Source of the DNA: Methanobacteriota archaeon
Lineage (GTDB): Archaea > Thermoplasmatota > Poseidoniia > Poseidoniales > Thalassarchaeaceae
Direction: 5' to 3'
DNA length: 64,000 bases
Assembly: GCA_016845365.1 (NCBI GenBank)
Contig: JAERST010000003.1
Coordinates: forward strand, 8,961-72,960
In this document: positions 19,373-29,078 of the stretch, piece after piece
Layout: every line of letters starts with the position of its first letter
Numbering within the stretch: position 1 is the stretch's first letter
Made by a program: the position numbers and the translations under genes
The notes under the pieces: generated by a model
Database searches by the model: none
Seen by the model: the letters and a program-made list of their open reading frames with translations, nothing else
Told to the model about the DNA's origin: nothing

Positions 19373-20194
19373 TCAGACGCCCGAGAGCATCTGCATTCGG
19401 TTGTACCACGGGAAGGCAGAAGGGTGAGATTCGAGAATATCGAAGCCATCGAGGCCTTGCATTGAGCGAAGAATTCCGAAATTGGCGAAGTCAGCACCGT
19501 TTGGGCTCTCGCCGCCGAAGAATTCGCCATTGAAGCCGGTGCTGAGAGTATCGAGCTGAGTCTTGAGATTTTCACGAGGCGGCTCGTCGAACATTTTCGC
19601 TCGAGAACGCCCGACCATTTTCATGACGAAGCCGCCGAGATACTTGTTCACGAGTTTGTCCTTGCGCGAGAAATTTTCGATGCCGTTGACGTATTCGAGC
19701 GCCCGGAATGAGCTGCCGAAGGTGCGGTAGACGACGGCGACAATCGACTTGCCCAAAACCTCGTTGCTGAAGTTCATCCAACGGTCCTGCTCCGCATCCT
19801 CTCCCTCGCGCGGGAAAAGGCTCCCATGCTGCGAATCGATGTAATGCAGAATATCGTTCGACTCGTTCATCGCGCTTCCATCCGAGTCGACAAATACGGG
19901 CACTGCGCTCCATTCTGACCAGTCGAGTTCGGCCTTTTTCATCGGCTCGACCTCGACGTCAGCGTATGGAATTCCACGGCTGCCAAGCAGTGCGCGAATC
20001 TTGAAGCAGAAAGGGCACGACTGGAATGAATAGATGGTCGGCAAACCATCGACGACCTGTTCTGGGTAGAGGCGTGTTCCGTTTGCTTCAGCCTCGACTA
20101 CAGCCGAGATTTCGTCGGCTGGGGCGGCTTTGCTTGGGCAGCAGGATTCTCCTGCGCAGCATGCCTTGTCTTCACCCTCGGCGAGAATCGTCAT
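19373..20194 (-). CDS. Glutaredoxin/GST-like protein (prostaglandin E synthase 2-like, CPFC)
   Basis: IYSFQSCPFCFKIRALL glutaredoxin fold followed by a GST-C-like domain. Cys-rich N-terminal tail ACCAGESCCPS. Confidence 0.7.
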   Translation of the reverse strand: MTILAEGEDKACCAGESCCPSKAAPADEISAVVEAEANGTRLYPEQVVDGLPTIYSFQSCPFCFKIRALLGSRGIPYADVEVEPMKKAELDWSEWSAVPVFVDSDGSAMNESNDILHYIDSQHGSLFPREGEDAEQDRWMNFSNEVLGKSIVAVVYRTFGSSFRALEYVNGIENFSRKDKLVNKYLGGFVMKMVGRSRAKMFDEPPRENLKTQLDTLSTGFNGEFFGGESPNGADFANFGILRSMQGLDGFDILESHPSAFPWYNRMQMLSGV

Positions 20195-20412
20195 ATTCCG
20201 CCGAAAAGGCTCCCTTTCTCAATGCTACGCTGCTTTTGGGCTGCCGGAGATTGGCTGGATTTTGCCAATGAATATTCTATGGGTTTCCTGCGGTACGCGC
20301 GAGCGTGGGTGAGGAAATCGAGGGCGGCGATGCCCAGAATGAGGCCCCTGACCGGGCGGCCTCGCAGAAGGAGCCCACCAACGAAAAAGCACCACCCGAG
20401 ACCCAATTGAAG

Positions 20413-20946
20413 ATGCTAGCACTACTCCTCATCGCCGCTTACATACTCAGCGATGGCGAGGTCCTCAACCAGTTTGGGTTGACAAGCGACCCGCCAGCAC
20501 CCGACCCCCAACCCGAACACTGGCCAGCAGAGTGGGCAGGGACCCAAGTCGTCTGCGTGCATTGGCCAGCAGCGGTATGGCCAACCGATGAGGTACCGTT
20601 ACCCGAAATCCACCGCACGATCGGCACCGCAGGCGAGCCACCAAACCAGATTCCCACCACAGAACCTGGGACGGCCATCGAGTGCGTTGGTGGGATCACC
20701 AATGCCAGCACAGTCGAAGAGGCGACGCGCCAGGCCGCCGCGAGCGCCGGCTGGAGCGTCGAATCACACGACGAATACCTTGGAATCATCATCGACGACA
20801 TCCGAGCGCACGGAATGGGCGCTTTGGAACCGGGAGAAACCAGGGAGTGGGAGTTTTGGCAGGGCGAGACCATCGGGGCGCAGTCCGTCGATCAAGCGAG
20901 GATGGCGAGCGAATCTTGGGTGGTTTGGAGAATCGTGAGCAACTGA
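20413..20946 (+). CDS. Hypothetical membrane-anchored/secreted protein
   Basis: ATG at 20413 gives an N-terminal hydrophobic segment MLALLLIAAYIL followed by a Pro-rich linker and a globular domain. Confidence 0.5.
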   Translation: MLALLLIAAYILSDGEVLNQFGLTSDPPAPDPQPEHWPAEWAGTQVVCVHWPAAVWPTDEVPLPEIHRTIGTAGEPPNQIPTTEPGTAIECVGGITNASTVEEATRQAAASAGWSVESHDEYLGIIIDDIRAHGMGALEPGETREWEFWQGETIGAQSVDQARMASESWVVWRIVSN

Positions 20947-20993
20947 GCCGAGAGTAGCAATTTCGAGGAACAGCGGAGATATTCAGATCGCCG

Positions 20994-21006
20994 AAAACCC
21001 ATATAC
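20994..21006 (+). promoter_or_regulatory. TATA-like box about 25 nt upstream of the metK ATG (leaderless-type promoter)
   Basis: aaaacccATATAc centred about 25 nt before the ATG at 21028, with no Shine-Dalgarno between. Confidence 0.3.
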
Positions 21007-21027
21007 GGCAGGACGACCGGCTGAAAC

Positions 21028-22266
21028 ATGACTGCACTCTTCACCTCAGAATCGGTGAGCGCAGGACACCCCGACAAGGTCTGCGATGCGATCTCAGATT
21101 CTATTGTCGACGCGTGTCTTTCGGTCGATTCCAACGCACGCGTCGCGGTCGAAACTCTGGTCAAAGGATTGGGTGATTCCTCGGTTATTGTGCTCGCTGG
21201 TGAAGTCAGTCTGAATGGTGAGACGCCCGATTACGAGGAGATTGCACGGGCGACTGCAGCGAGGATCGGATACACCGACCATTCGATTGGAATGGATGCA
21301 ACCTCGAGCGAGCGCTGTGAGGTGCAAGTCCACATTACAACTCAGGCTGCCAACATCGCCCAAGGAGTCGATGGAGATTCACTGGATGATGTCGGTGCAG
21401 GCGACCAAGGCATGATGTTCGGCTACGCCTGCACCGAGACCGAGGCTGAAGGGGAATTGCAAGGGCGCTTCTTTCCGCTTCCCGCCGCCCTTGCTCAACG
21501 AATTTGTCGCCGCCTCGACATGATTGTCGCGAGCGGCGAAATCGATTGGATTCGACCTGATGGAAAGAGTCAGGTTACGGTCGAATATGATGATGCTGGA
21601 AATCCACTGCGAGTTCACACCGTTGTCGTCGCAGTGCAACACGATGACACCTTGAAGGAGCGATTTGGAGGCGATATCGAGGCCGAGCAAGCCCACATCC
21701 GCGAGGTCGTCAAGAGCGAAGTCGTCGAACACGCGATTCCAGAGCACTGGCTCGCGGATGGCTACATTTTGCACGTCAATGGGACGGGTCGCTTCGCCGA
21801 CCCAGGCGGCCCGTACGCAGATGCAGGAATCACGGGCCGCAAAATCGTCGTCGATACTTACGGCGGCATGGCCCGCCACGGCGGAGGGGCATTTTCTGGA
21901 AAAGACCCGACCAAGGTTGACCGCTCCGCCACCTACTACGCGCGCTGGGCTGCAAAGCACGTCGTCGCGGCAGGCCTTGCCAGCCGCTGCGAAATCCAAG
22001 TTGCCTACGTCATCGGTGTGGCAGCACCGGTTAGCCTTCGCGTCGAGACCTTTGGAACCGGTGAAACCAGCGAGGATGAACTCACCAAGAGAGTAGCCGA
22101 TGTATTCGACTTCCGCCCCGCAGCCATCGCGAGTGATTTGCAACTTCACCGCCCGCTATATTCAGCAACCGCCGCGGGCGGTCATTTCGGACGCCCACCA
22201 ACCGATGAAGGCCACTTCGAGTGGGAGCGCCTCGACGATGCTCGCATCGTCGCCTTGCAGTCTTGA
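21028..22266 (+). CDS. metK: S-adenosylmethionine synthetase, bacterial/eukaryotic type
   Basis: FTSESVSAGHPDKVCDAISDSIVDA, GAGDQGMMFGYA, GGGAFSGKDPTKVDRS: canonical MetK motifs. Confidence 0.95.
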   Translation: MTALFTSESVSAGHPDKVCDAISDSIVDACLSVDSNARVAVETLVKGLGDSSVIVLAGEVSLNGETPDYEEIARATAARIGYTDHSIGMDATSSERCEVQVHITTQAANIAQGVDGDSLDDVGAGDQGMMFGYACTETEAEGELQGRFFPLPAALAQRICRRLDMIVASGEIDWIRPDGKSQVTVEYDDAGNPLRVHTVVVAVQHDDTLKERFGGDIEAEQAHIREVVKSEVVEHAIPEHWLADGYILHVNGTGRFADPGGPYADAGITGRKIVVDTYGGMARHGGGAFSGKDPTKVDRSATYYARWAAKHVVAAGLASRCEIQVAYVIGVAAPVSLRVETFGTGETSEDELTKRVADVFDFRPAAIASDLQLHRPLYSATAAGGHFGRPPTDEGHFEWERLDDARIVALQS

Positions 22267-22329
22267 GCGAGAATCAGCGGCTCGCTGAGCGACCGATGAA
22301 CACATCAACGGGCGGCAAGCCGCCCGACC

Positions 22330-23985
22330 ATGGCACGCGAGCTCATCCGCATCGAGGATGTGCACCGCGCCTTCGGTGCAGTCAAGGTTCTCGACAGCAT
22401 CAATCTGCGAATCGACGAAGGCGACCGAATCGGCGTGGTCGGCCATAACGGCGCGGGTAAAACCACGCTACTGCGGACCATTTCTAACCAAGACCAAGAC
22501 ATTGGCGACATCGTCTTCGCCCCCGGATTGCGCCTCGCATTCCTAACTCAAATTCGCGATATCGACGAGGGGGCGACCCTCGAAGAAGAACTCAATCGAC
22601 GAGGTCGCCAATTCCAAGAACTCGAGGACGAAATCGCCGCCCTCGAAGCAAAAATGGCTGACCCATCATTCTACGAGGGCGACTGGCAACCAGACATCGA
22701 CCGCTACCAAGAATTACAATCGATGATGGCGCGCAGCGGCGGCACAAATGTCGCCAGCCATGCCCAAGAAATTCTGCGCGCCCTCGACCTCGCTCACCAC
22801 CCGCTCAATATGCCACTCGCAGACCTCTCGGGAGGCGAGCGCGCAAAGGTAGCTCTGGCTCGCCAACTCGTCGGCCTCTCAGAAATCGACGTCTTCTTCC
22901 TCGACGAGCCGACCAACCACCTTGACCTCGCGACCCTCGATTGGCTCGAAACCTTCCTCAATACCTTCGAGGGAGCGCTTCTACTCGTCAGCCACGACCG
23001 CTATTTCCTCGACCGGGTTTGTAACGGGATTGTCGAAATTCAGGACACGCGGGCGAAGGGTTACCACGGTAATTACAGCTCGTACCTGCAGCAAAAGGAA
23101 CTCTTCCTGCAAACCCTCGCCGACCGCATCAAAAAAACCGAAGCTGAGGTAAAACGCCTCACTGGGGCACTGCAGTCGATGAAGCGCGCCAATAAATACG
23201 ACAAATCGATTTCCCAAAAGCGATTTTTGTTGGCGCGCGCGCAAGGTGAATTGCGCTGGCTGAAAGCGCTGAAACCGCGCCAGCGCCGAGGACTGAATTT
23301 CAGGTTGGAATCGACCGAGAAGAGCAGTCTAGAAGTCCTCGACTTCCACAATGCAACCCTGACCTTTGAGGGGCTGAATAGACCGATCATCAAAGGTCTG
23401 GAACTCGGTGTCTCTCGGGCCCAGAAGATAGGCATTGTCGGACCCAACGGCGCAGGTAAAACCACGCTACTGCGCCTCATCCAAGGCGAACTCGAACTTG
23501 ATTCGGGAAGCATCGATGTCAAGCCAGGAGTGCAAATCGGCTACTTCCATCAAGACCACCGATCACTCAATTTCGACTTGACGCCCGTCGAGCAGGTACG
23601 CGCCCTCAAGCCGCGCATGGATTACGGAGATGTCCGCGCCCTGCTCGGCCGCTTCCAATTCACCAGCGAAATGGTCGAGACAAAACTCTCCAAATTGAGC
23701 GGGGGCGAGCGAGCACGAATCGCCATGCTCAAGCTCCTGCTCGAAGACAATAATCTGCTCCTCCTCGACGAGCCGACAAACCATCTCGACACCGATGCCA
23801 AGGAGGCTCTCGAAGAAGCCCTCGAAGAATACGAAGGAAGCATCATCACAGTCAGTCACGACAGATGGTTCCTCGACAGAATTTGCGATACCATCTGGGA
23901 ATTGCCCGGTGACGGAAGCGTATGGATTTGGCCTGGCAATTACTCTGATTACATCCGCCGCAAGCGCAAGCAAGAAGACGCGTAG
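22330..23985 (+). CDS. ABC-F family ATPase (soluble, two ABC cassettes)
   Basis: Two Walker A (GHNGAGKTTLL, GPNGAGKTTLL), two LSGGER signatures and two DEPTNHLD Walker B motifs. Charged inter-domain linker of about 80 aa. No transmembrane domain. Confidence 0.9.
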   Translation: MARELIRIEDVHRAFGAVKVLDSINLRIDEGDRIGVVGHNGAGKTTLLRTISNQDQDIGDIVFAPGLRLAFLTQIRDIDEGATLEEELNRRGRQFQELEDEIAALEAKMADPSFYEGDWQPDIDRYQELQSMMARSGGTNVASHAQEILRALDLAHHPLNMPLADLSGGERAKVALARQLVGLSEIDVFFLDEPTNHLDLATLDWLETFLNTFEGALLLVSHDRYFLDRVCNGIVEIQDTRAKGYHGNYSSYLQQKELFLQTLADRIKKTEAEVKRLTGALQSMKRANKYDKSISQKRFLLARAQGELRWLKALKPRQRRGLNFRLESTEKSSLEVLDFHNATLTFEGLNRPIIKGLELGVSRAQKIGIVGPNGAGKTTLLRLIQGELELDSGSIDVKPGVQIGYFHQDHRSLNFDLTPVEQVRALKPRMDYGDVRALLGRFQFTSEMVETKLSKLSGGERARIAMLKLLLEDNNLLLLDEPTNHLDTDAKEALEEALEEYEGSIITVSHDRWFLDRICDTIWELPGDGSVWIWPGNYSDYIRRKRKQEDA

Positions 23986-24140
23986 CGATTTTTCCGAAAT
24001 CGGTAAATTTCGTCCGATTTTCCACCGATTTCGGACCTGTCCGGTCAACGGTCTATGGCAGAGTAAGCCCCTCGACCAGCATGGTCGGAAGCCGAACCCC
24101 CACATTGACCGCCCCAAACGCTGTAATTCACAAGAGGAAA

Positions 24141-27100
24141 ATGAACAGAATAGAAGTCGAGCGAGCCCAACTCGCCTCAGCCCTAGTTCTGCTCATGTTA
24201 GCCTCGCTCGCAGCCCCATCGCTGATGGCTACCTCTACCGCTTCCGAGGAGTTAGCACAGGAGCCGACGAGGTTCCCGACAGCCAACGGAACGGTTGACG
24301 AAACCGATGCCCAAACCCTGCTCAGCAATCTCAACGCCAACAATCCAATCGACGTCATGGGTGTGATGGACGATTCCAACCGCATCCACCTAGTTTGGAT
24401 CGAAAATGCAAGCACTCCGCTGCTGCGATACGCTCTCATCCAAGTCTCGAGCGGCATCGACACAGTCCTGATTTCTACCACTCAGGTCGGCGATGCAAAC
24501 GCTACTTCTCTCTCCGCGCCGGCGATGGTTATCGATTCCACCGGCCGCGCTCACATCGTATGGGAAATCACCGATACGGAAATTCTCTACACGCTACTCG
24601 ACCCATCCGAGGATGACCTCGACGGCTCAGCTGGCGACATTCAGAACATGACAATCGCCTCACACACCGTCGCCGACGGCAGCGGTACGCGATCTTCTCC
24701 AGACATCGCCGTCGACTCCTACGACGCCGTTCACATCGTCTGGGTCGATACCTACGACCCTCAGGGCATTTACTTCGGTAGCCCGCTGATCTACTACTGC
24801 ATGCTCTCCGAAGACTCGACGAATGGCTTCCAAGTTCTCATCAACGCAACTCTGGTTACTCCCGCACTAGGTCACCGAGGCAACCCAGCGGTGAGTATCG
24901 GCGCGAACAATACCGTCGTCATCGTCTGGGAAGATACCCGCGGCTCGATAGTCGAGTACGTCGGCTTGATCGATTCATCTGGCTCGATGACGTCGGAGTG
25001 GGCTGATATGTGCGCCGTCTTCTACGGTGGCACTCTGAGTACTGGTGAGAATTTCGCCGGCGTCAAGCCGATGCTCGAGGCGGCGAATATCACCGTCTTG
25101 GAGACGCTTTACACGATTAGTGGCAATATGTATCATGCCAATTCGCACGCGAATTGTGCGAGCGCGGTCTCGACTGGCAACGATGGCTCGAACGGCCCGC
25201 GCTCGACTTATCTGGGCCAGAATGCGACCGATACCTCGGGCGGAATCCGCCCACTAACCGAGGTCGTCTACAATGGTTCAGCGATGACCATCTATTCCGA
25301 TTGGGGATATTGGTCTGAGATGTGGGGCCCAGGTTCGACATGGGCCTGCCAATCGTGGCGCGATGCCTCGGGCAGCGCGCCAGGAAACCCTCCAACCGCT
25401 GTTGACCACGTTTGGAATCCGAACGCGACGAAGCTGGTGATTCCGGTCTCTGACGAGGGACCTTTCGGAGGCTCACCAGCGCTGAACGCGGATGATTACC
25501 AAGCGATAAACGAGTCACACGACGCCTGTTTGCAAGCCGGTGTGACTCCTGTTCCAGTCGCTGGAACCCTCGCTTATGGGGCTAGCACAATCTGGTACAA
25601 TGATACTCACGTGCGTCACCACATGACGAGTTTAGCGCACTGCCCAGACATGAATCAGGTCGGCATTCACGCCCGCACCTGCAATGGCACAACTGTGCAG
25701 AATACCGATGCGGGCGGCGAGATGTTCTACTACCCAACAGAAGAATTGACCCAATTCGACGGCGACTTCGAGAATGGCTACATCACAAGTGGATGGAGTC
25801 AATCCGGAGCCGCGAATTGGTTCGTACAGAGCAATCGAGTGCTCGGTGGCAATTACAGCGCTCAATCGGGTTCAATCGGAGATAGCTCGCACTCGACAAT
25901 CGAGTATGCTGGCGCGATGAATGCAGGAACTCTATCGTTCAATTACTCGATTTCCAGCGAGGCGAATTACGATTATCTACTCTTCTGTGTCGACACCGCA
26001 ACTTGCACGACATCCACTTTCACCGCAGCATGGTCCGGCGAGGCCAATGGAAGCTACACTGCGGCGGTGACCCCGGGTTACCACACCTACACCTGGAAGT
26101 ACGTCAAGGACGTCTCGGTCTCGGGCGGCGACGATAGCGCTTGGATAGACAATGTGCAGATTCCAATCGCTTCTTACACCGATGAGATGAATCAGATGGT
26201 CAGCGCGATTCTCAACATCAGTACAGGAAGTGGGGCCACCAACACCTTCCTCAGCGTCCTCAACCCCTACTCTATTCTCTCGAACCCACGCTCGACCTGG
26301 TCGGTCGGTGACCCCGGTCACACGATCGACGAAGAGACGGGCCAATATCAGGAGGATATCGGCCCGGACACCGATTGGTACTGGCGAGAGGACGGCGGTG
26401 GTTGGGACACCGTCGGACACCTCGTCCTGGTCAATGATACTCAGCTTTCGAAGGGTCACGGCTGGGCCGTGAACCCCGATGTCAATGTTGACGACGATGG
26501 TAATGTACACGTTGTCTGGATCGATGGAAGAAGCGTCTTCCCATCGAAGGAAGGCCCGAGCCAATTGCACTACATGCAGCTCGACCCAGACCGGCAAGGC
26601 GCTCTCGATGGAGCGCCTTGGGGACTTGATTTGGATGAGGTGACAACGGTCAAGGATACCGCTGTGCTTCACTCGAATCTGATTTGGGGCGCTAATCCTC
26701 GCGTCGACTTCGACCGCGATGATTCGATTCACATTACTTGGTTCGAGACGCAGGAATCCAAGTCCGAAAAAGCAGGAGTAGTCGAACTGCGCTGGACTCG
26801 AATCCAGTCGCCGGTGATGAACGGATTCGAGGAATTGCCTCTGAACCGCTACCTCACGCAGGCGTATACGGTTGTCAACACGCGAACGATTACTAGCAGC
26901 ACTCAGAATTTGATGGGTGTATTCGGTAGCGAGTTCGATTCGAGCGCTCAGCCGATCGTTCGCTTTGCATGGCCTGAGCGCACGATTGCTTGGACTGCTA
27001 ACGATTGTACGAATGAGGAGAGCCAGGCGAATAAGTGGGATGTTTGCAAGTGGAGCGAGGATATGTTCGACATGGCTCTCGACCTCGACCCGACAGAGAC

Positions 27101-28970
27101 GGGACACGTTACGATGCAACCTGGACAATCGGTCGAGGTGGCAATGAATCTGCGTGGTATTCAGGTGCCCGGCTCGGTAGATCCGGTCACCATCGAAGCC
27201 GACGGAGCTCCTGCGGACTGGGAGATTTCAGTCGGCTTCGGAGAGAATTACCAGCCGAGCAGTACCGTGACTGAAGGCGGCGAAGAGGATGTATTCCTGC
27301 TGATTAGCGCACCTGATATTCGGCTGGTGAATGAGAATCAACGATTCCACATCGTCGTGACCGTTCAATCCACGACCGACGAATACGCATCTGCGACCCA
27401 GTCGGTGCTCGTCGACCTAGTGAACGAGAATGATTGGAACGACGATGACCAAGACGGAGTCCCCGATGAGGACGACCAATGTCAGTACGGCGAATCCGAT
27501 TGGTATTCAGGAGCGATGACAGACCATGATGGAGATGGTTGTCGCGACGCCACCGAGGATTTGGATGACGATAACGACGGTGTCGAAGACCTCGTCGATG
27601 AGTGCCCAACCGGCGCGATGAACCCGGATAGGGTCGATGCGGACGGCGATGGTTGTGACGATGTTCTCGAGGATACGGACAATGATGGAGACGGAGTGCC
27701 GAACCATCTGGACCAATGTCCTGAGGGCGCGCAATATTGGAACTCATTCTCGACCGACCACGATGGTGACGGATGCCGCGATCCAGACGAGGATGACAAC
27801 GATGACAACGACCCTTACCTCGATGTCGACGATGACTGTCCTAGCGGCGTCATCGGATGGAGTGGAGCGGCTTACGACCACGATTCCGACGGCTGTCAGG
27901 ATTACGAGGAAGACCTCGACGACGATAATGACGGAGTCTTGGACCGCGATGATTCATGCCCATACGGAATGCTCGATTGGATTTCGAATGAAATCAGCGA
28001 TCACGACCGAGATGGCTGCAATGATGCCTACGAGGACGCGGATGTCGACGATGACGGCGTCCTCGACGTAGATGACCTATGCACAACTGGAATGTTCGGC
28101 TGGGATTCGAGCCCACTGAACGATTGGGATGGCGATGGCTGTCACGATGCTGAAGAGGACGAGGATGATGATGGCGATGGATTCCTCGACGCAGACGATT
28201 CCTGCCCTCGCAGCCAGACTCCACACATCGTTGATGCCGATAACGACGGCTGCGACGACCGCAGCGAGGACGATGACCTCGATAACGATGGAATCGTAAC
28301 CTCCGAGGATAATTGCGAGACCAATCCAACACCAGGATGGGTCTCAGCCCTCAATTCTGACCGCGACCGAGACGGATGTGCTGACGCAACCGAGGACGAT
28401 GATGACGATGGCGATGGAGTCCTCGACATAGTCGATGCCTGCCCGCTCAGCAACCGCCTAACATCCGACCACGATAGCGATGGTTGCATGGACGAATTCG
28501 ACCTCGATGACGATGGCGATGGAATCCCTGACTCTCGCGACCAGTGCGCGCGCGGTGCGCTCGGCTGGACCTCTTCGAAGTCAACAGATGTCGATGGGGA
28601 TGGATGTGCCGACGCCAGCGAGGACCTCTCGCTGCCGCGCGGAATCATTGGCACGATTACCGACTCGCCAATTCTGATGGCAGCGATCGGCGCCTTGGTA
28701 GTCGTTGGACTGCTTGGCGCCGCTCTGCAATCTCGACCTCGCGGCCGCGGATCAAGAACTGAGGCCCGCGACGATACTCGCGAGGTCGCCGAATCGATGC
28801 GCGAAGAGGCTCTTTGGGAAGTAAAGACCGAGCCGATTAGCACTCCTCGGGCTGTCGAGAGCGAAGGTGATGACCAGTACCAGAAGTTGGTTGAGACCGG
28901 CTATTCACCTGAGGTTGCCCGCGCGATTGTATCCTCTGAGGATGCCCTACGCAAGAGAAACGGAGAGTGA
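24141..28970 (+). CDS. Giant (about 1609 aa) cell-surface protein: signal/anchor, HxVW repeat region, vWA-like domain, lectin-like jelly-roll, thrombospondin type-3 Ca-binding repeats, C-terminal TM anchor
   Basis: ATG at 24141 preceded by aagaggaaa. Hydrophobic N-terminus. Repeated (H)(I/V)VW strands. MIDAS-like DSSGSM. Many DxDxDGxxDxxD repeats. C-terminal ILMAAIGALVVVGLLGAAL followed by a basic/acidic tail. Confidence 0.85.
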   Translation: MNRIEVERAQLASALVLLMLASLAAPSLMATSTASEELAQEPTRFPTANGTVDETDAQTLLSNLNANNPIDVMGVMDDSNRIHLVWIENASTPLLRYALIQVSSGIDTVLISTTQVGDANATSLSAPAMVIDSTGRAHIVWEITDTEILYTLLDPSEDDLDGSAGDIQNMTIASHTVADGSGTRSSPDIAVDSYDAVHIVWVDTYDPQGIYFGSPLIYYCMLSEDSTNGFQVLINATLVTPALGHRGNPAVSIGANNTVVIVWEDTRGSIVEYVGLIDSSGSMTSEWADMCAVFYGGTLSTGENFAGVKPMLEAANITVLETLYTISGNMYHANSHANCASAVSTGNDGSNGPRSTYLGQNATDTSGGIRPLTEVVYNGSAMTIYSDWGYWSEMWGPGSTWACQSWRDASGSAPGNPPTAVDHVWNPNATKLVIPVSDEGPFGGSPALNADDYQAINESHDACLQAGVTPVPVAGTLAYGASTIWYNDTHVRHHMTSLAHCPDMNQVGIHARTCNGTTVQNTDAGGEMFYYPTEELTQFDGDFENGYITSGWSQSGAANWFVQSNRVLGGNYSAQSGSIGDSSHSTIEYAGAMNAGTLSFNYSISSEANYDYLLFCVDTATCTTSTFTAAWSGEANGSYTAAVTPGYHTYTWKYVKDVSVSGGDDSAWIDNVQIPIASYTDEMNQMVSAILNISTGSGATNTFLSVLNPYSILSNPRSTWSVGDPGHTIDEETGQYQEDIGPDTDWYWREDGGGWDTVGHLVLVNDTQLSKGHGWAVNPDVNVDDDGNVHVVWIDGRSVFPSKEGPSQLHYMQLDPDRQGALDGAPWGLDLDEVTTVKDTAVLHSNLIWGANPRVDFDRDDSIHITWFETQESKSEKAGVVELRWTRIQSPVMNGFEELPLNRYLTQAYTVVNTRTITSSTQNLMGVFGSEFDSSAQPIVRFAWPERTIAWTANDCTNEESQANKWDVCKWSEDMFDMALDLDPTETGHVTMQPGQSVEVAMNLRGIQVPGSVDPVTIEADGAPADWEISVGFGENYQPSSTVTEGGEEDVFLLISAPDIRLVNENQRFHIVVTVQSTTDEYASATQSVLVDLVNENDWNDDDQDGVPDEDDQCQYGESDWYSGAMTDHDGDGCRDATEDLDDDNDGVEDLVDECPTGAMNPDRVDADGDGCDDVLEDTDNDGDGVPNHLDQCPEGAQYWNSFSTDHDGDGCRDPDEDDNDDNDPYLDVDDDCPSGVIGWSGAAYDHDSDGCQDYEEDLDDDNDGVLDRDDSCPYGMLDWISNEISDHDRDGCNDAYEDADVDDDGVLDVDDLCTTGMFGWDSSPLNDWDGDGCHDAEEDEDDDGDGFLDADDSCPRSQTPHIVDADNDGCDDRSEDDDLDNDGIVTSEDNCETNPTPGWVSALNSDRDRDGCADATEDDDDDGDGVLDIVDACPLSNRLTSDHDSDGCMDEFDLDDDGDGIPDSRDQCARGALGWTSSKSTDVDGDGCADASEDLSLPRGIIGTITDSPILMAAIGALVVVGLLGAALQSRPRGRGSRTEARDDTREVAESMREEALWEVKTEPISTPRAVESEGDDQYQKLVETGYSPEVARAIVSSEDALRKRNGE
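27430..28630 (+). repeat. Coding tandem array of thrombospondin type-3-like calcium-binding repeats
   Basis: About 20 or more reiterations of D-x-D-x-D-G-x-x-D-x-x-(E/D)-D with paired Cys (e.g. DHDGDGCRDATEDLDDDNDGVEDLVDEC). Confidence 0.7.
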
Positions 28971-28990
28971 ATCCGCATGAAGGGGGGAAT

Positions 28991-29009
28991 GGGTGGCGAT
29001 TCGCCACCC
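28991..29009 (+). terminator. Perfect GC-rich hairpin downstream of the giant gene
   Basis: gggtggcga-t-tcgccaccc, 21 nt after the stop at 28970. Confidence 0.4.
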
Positions 29010-29078
29010 ACGACCTCCCGACCGCGGGCGAGCACCTTGAAAGCCACTCGGGGTGACTGAAAGGTGCGAGGCAATCAC

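Noticed and set aside
21379-22149. A 256-aa ORF antisense to metK. Similar long antisense or alternate-frame ORFs occur at 3885-4508 (in eno), 14162-14860, 25977-27128 and 28142-28843 (in the giant gene), 39310-39792 (in pyrE) and 18175-18780.
   Set aside because: Each lies entirely inside a gene with unmistakable family motifs on the other strand or frame. Their translations are Arg/Ser/Pro/Ala-rich, as expected for stop-poor off-frames in high-GC DNA. No independent start context or family motif was seen.
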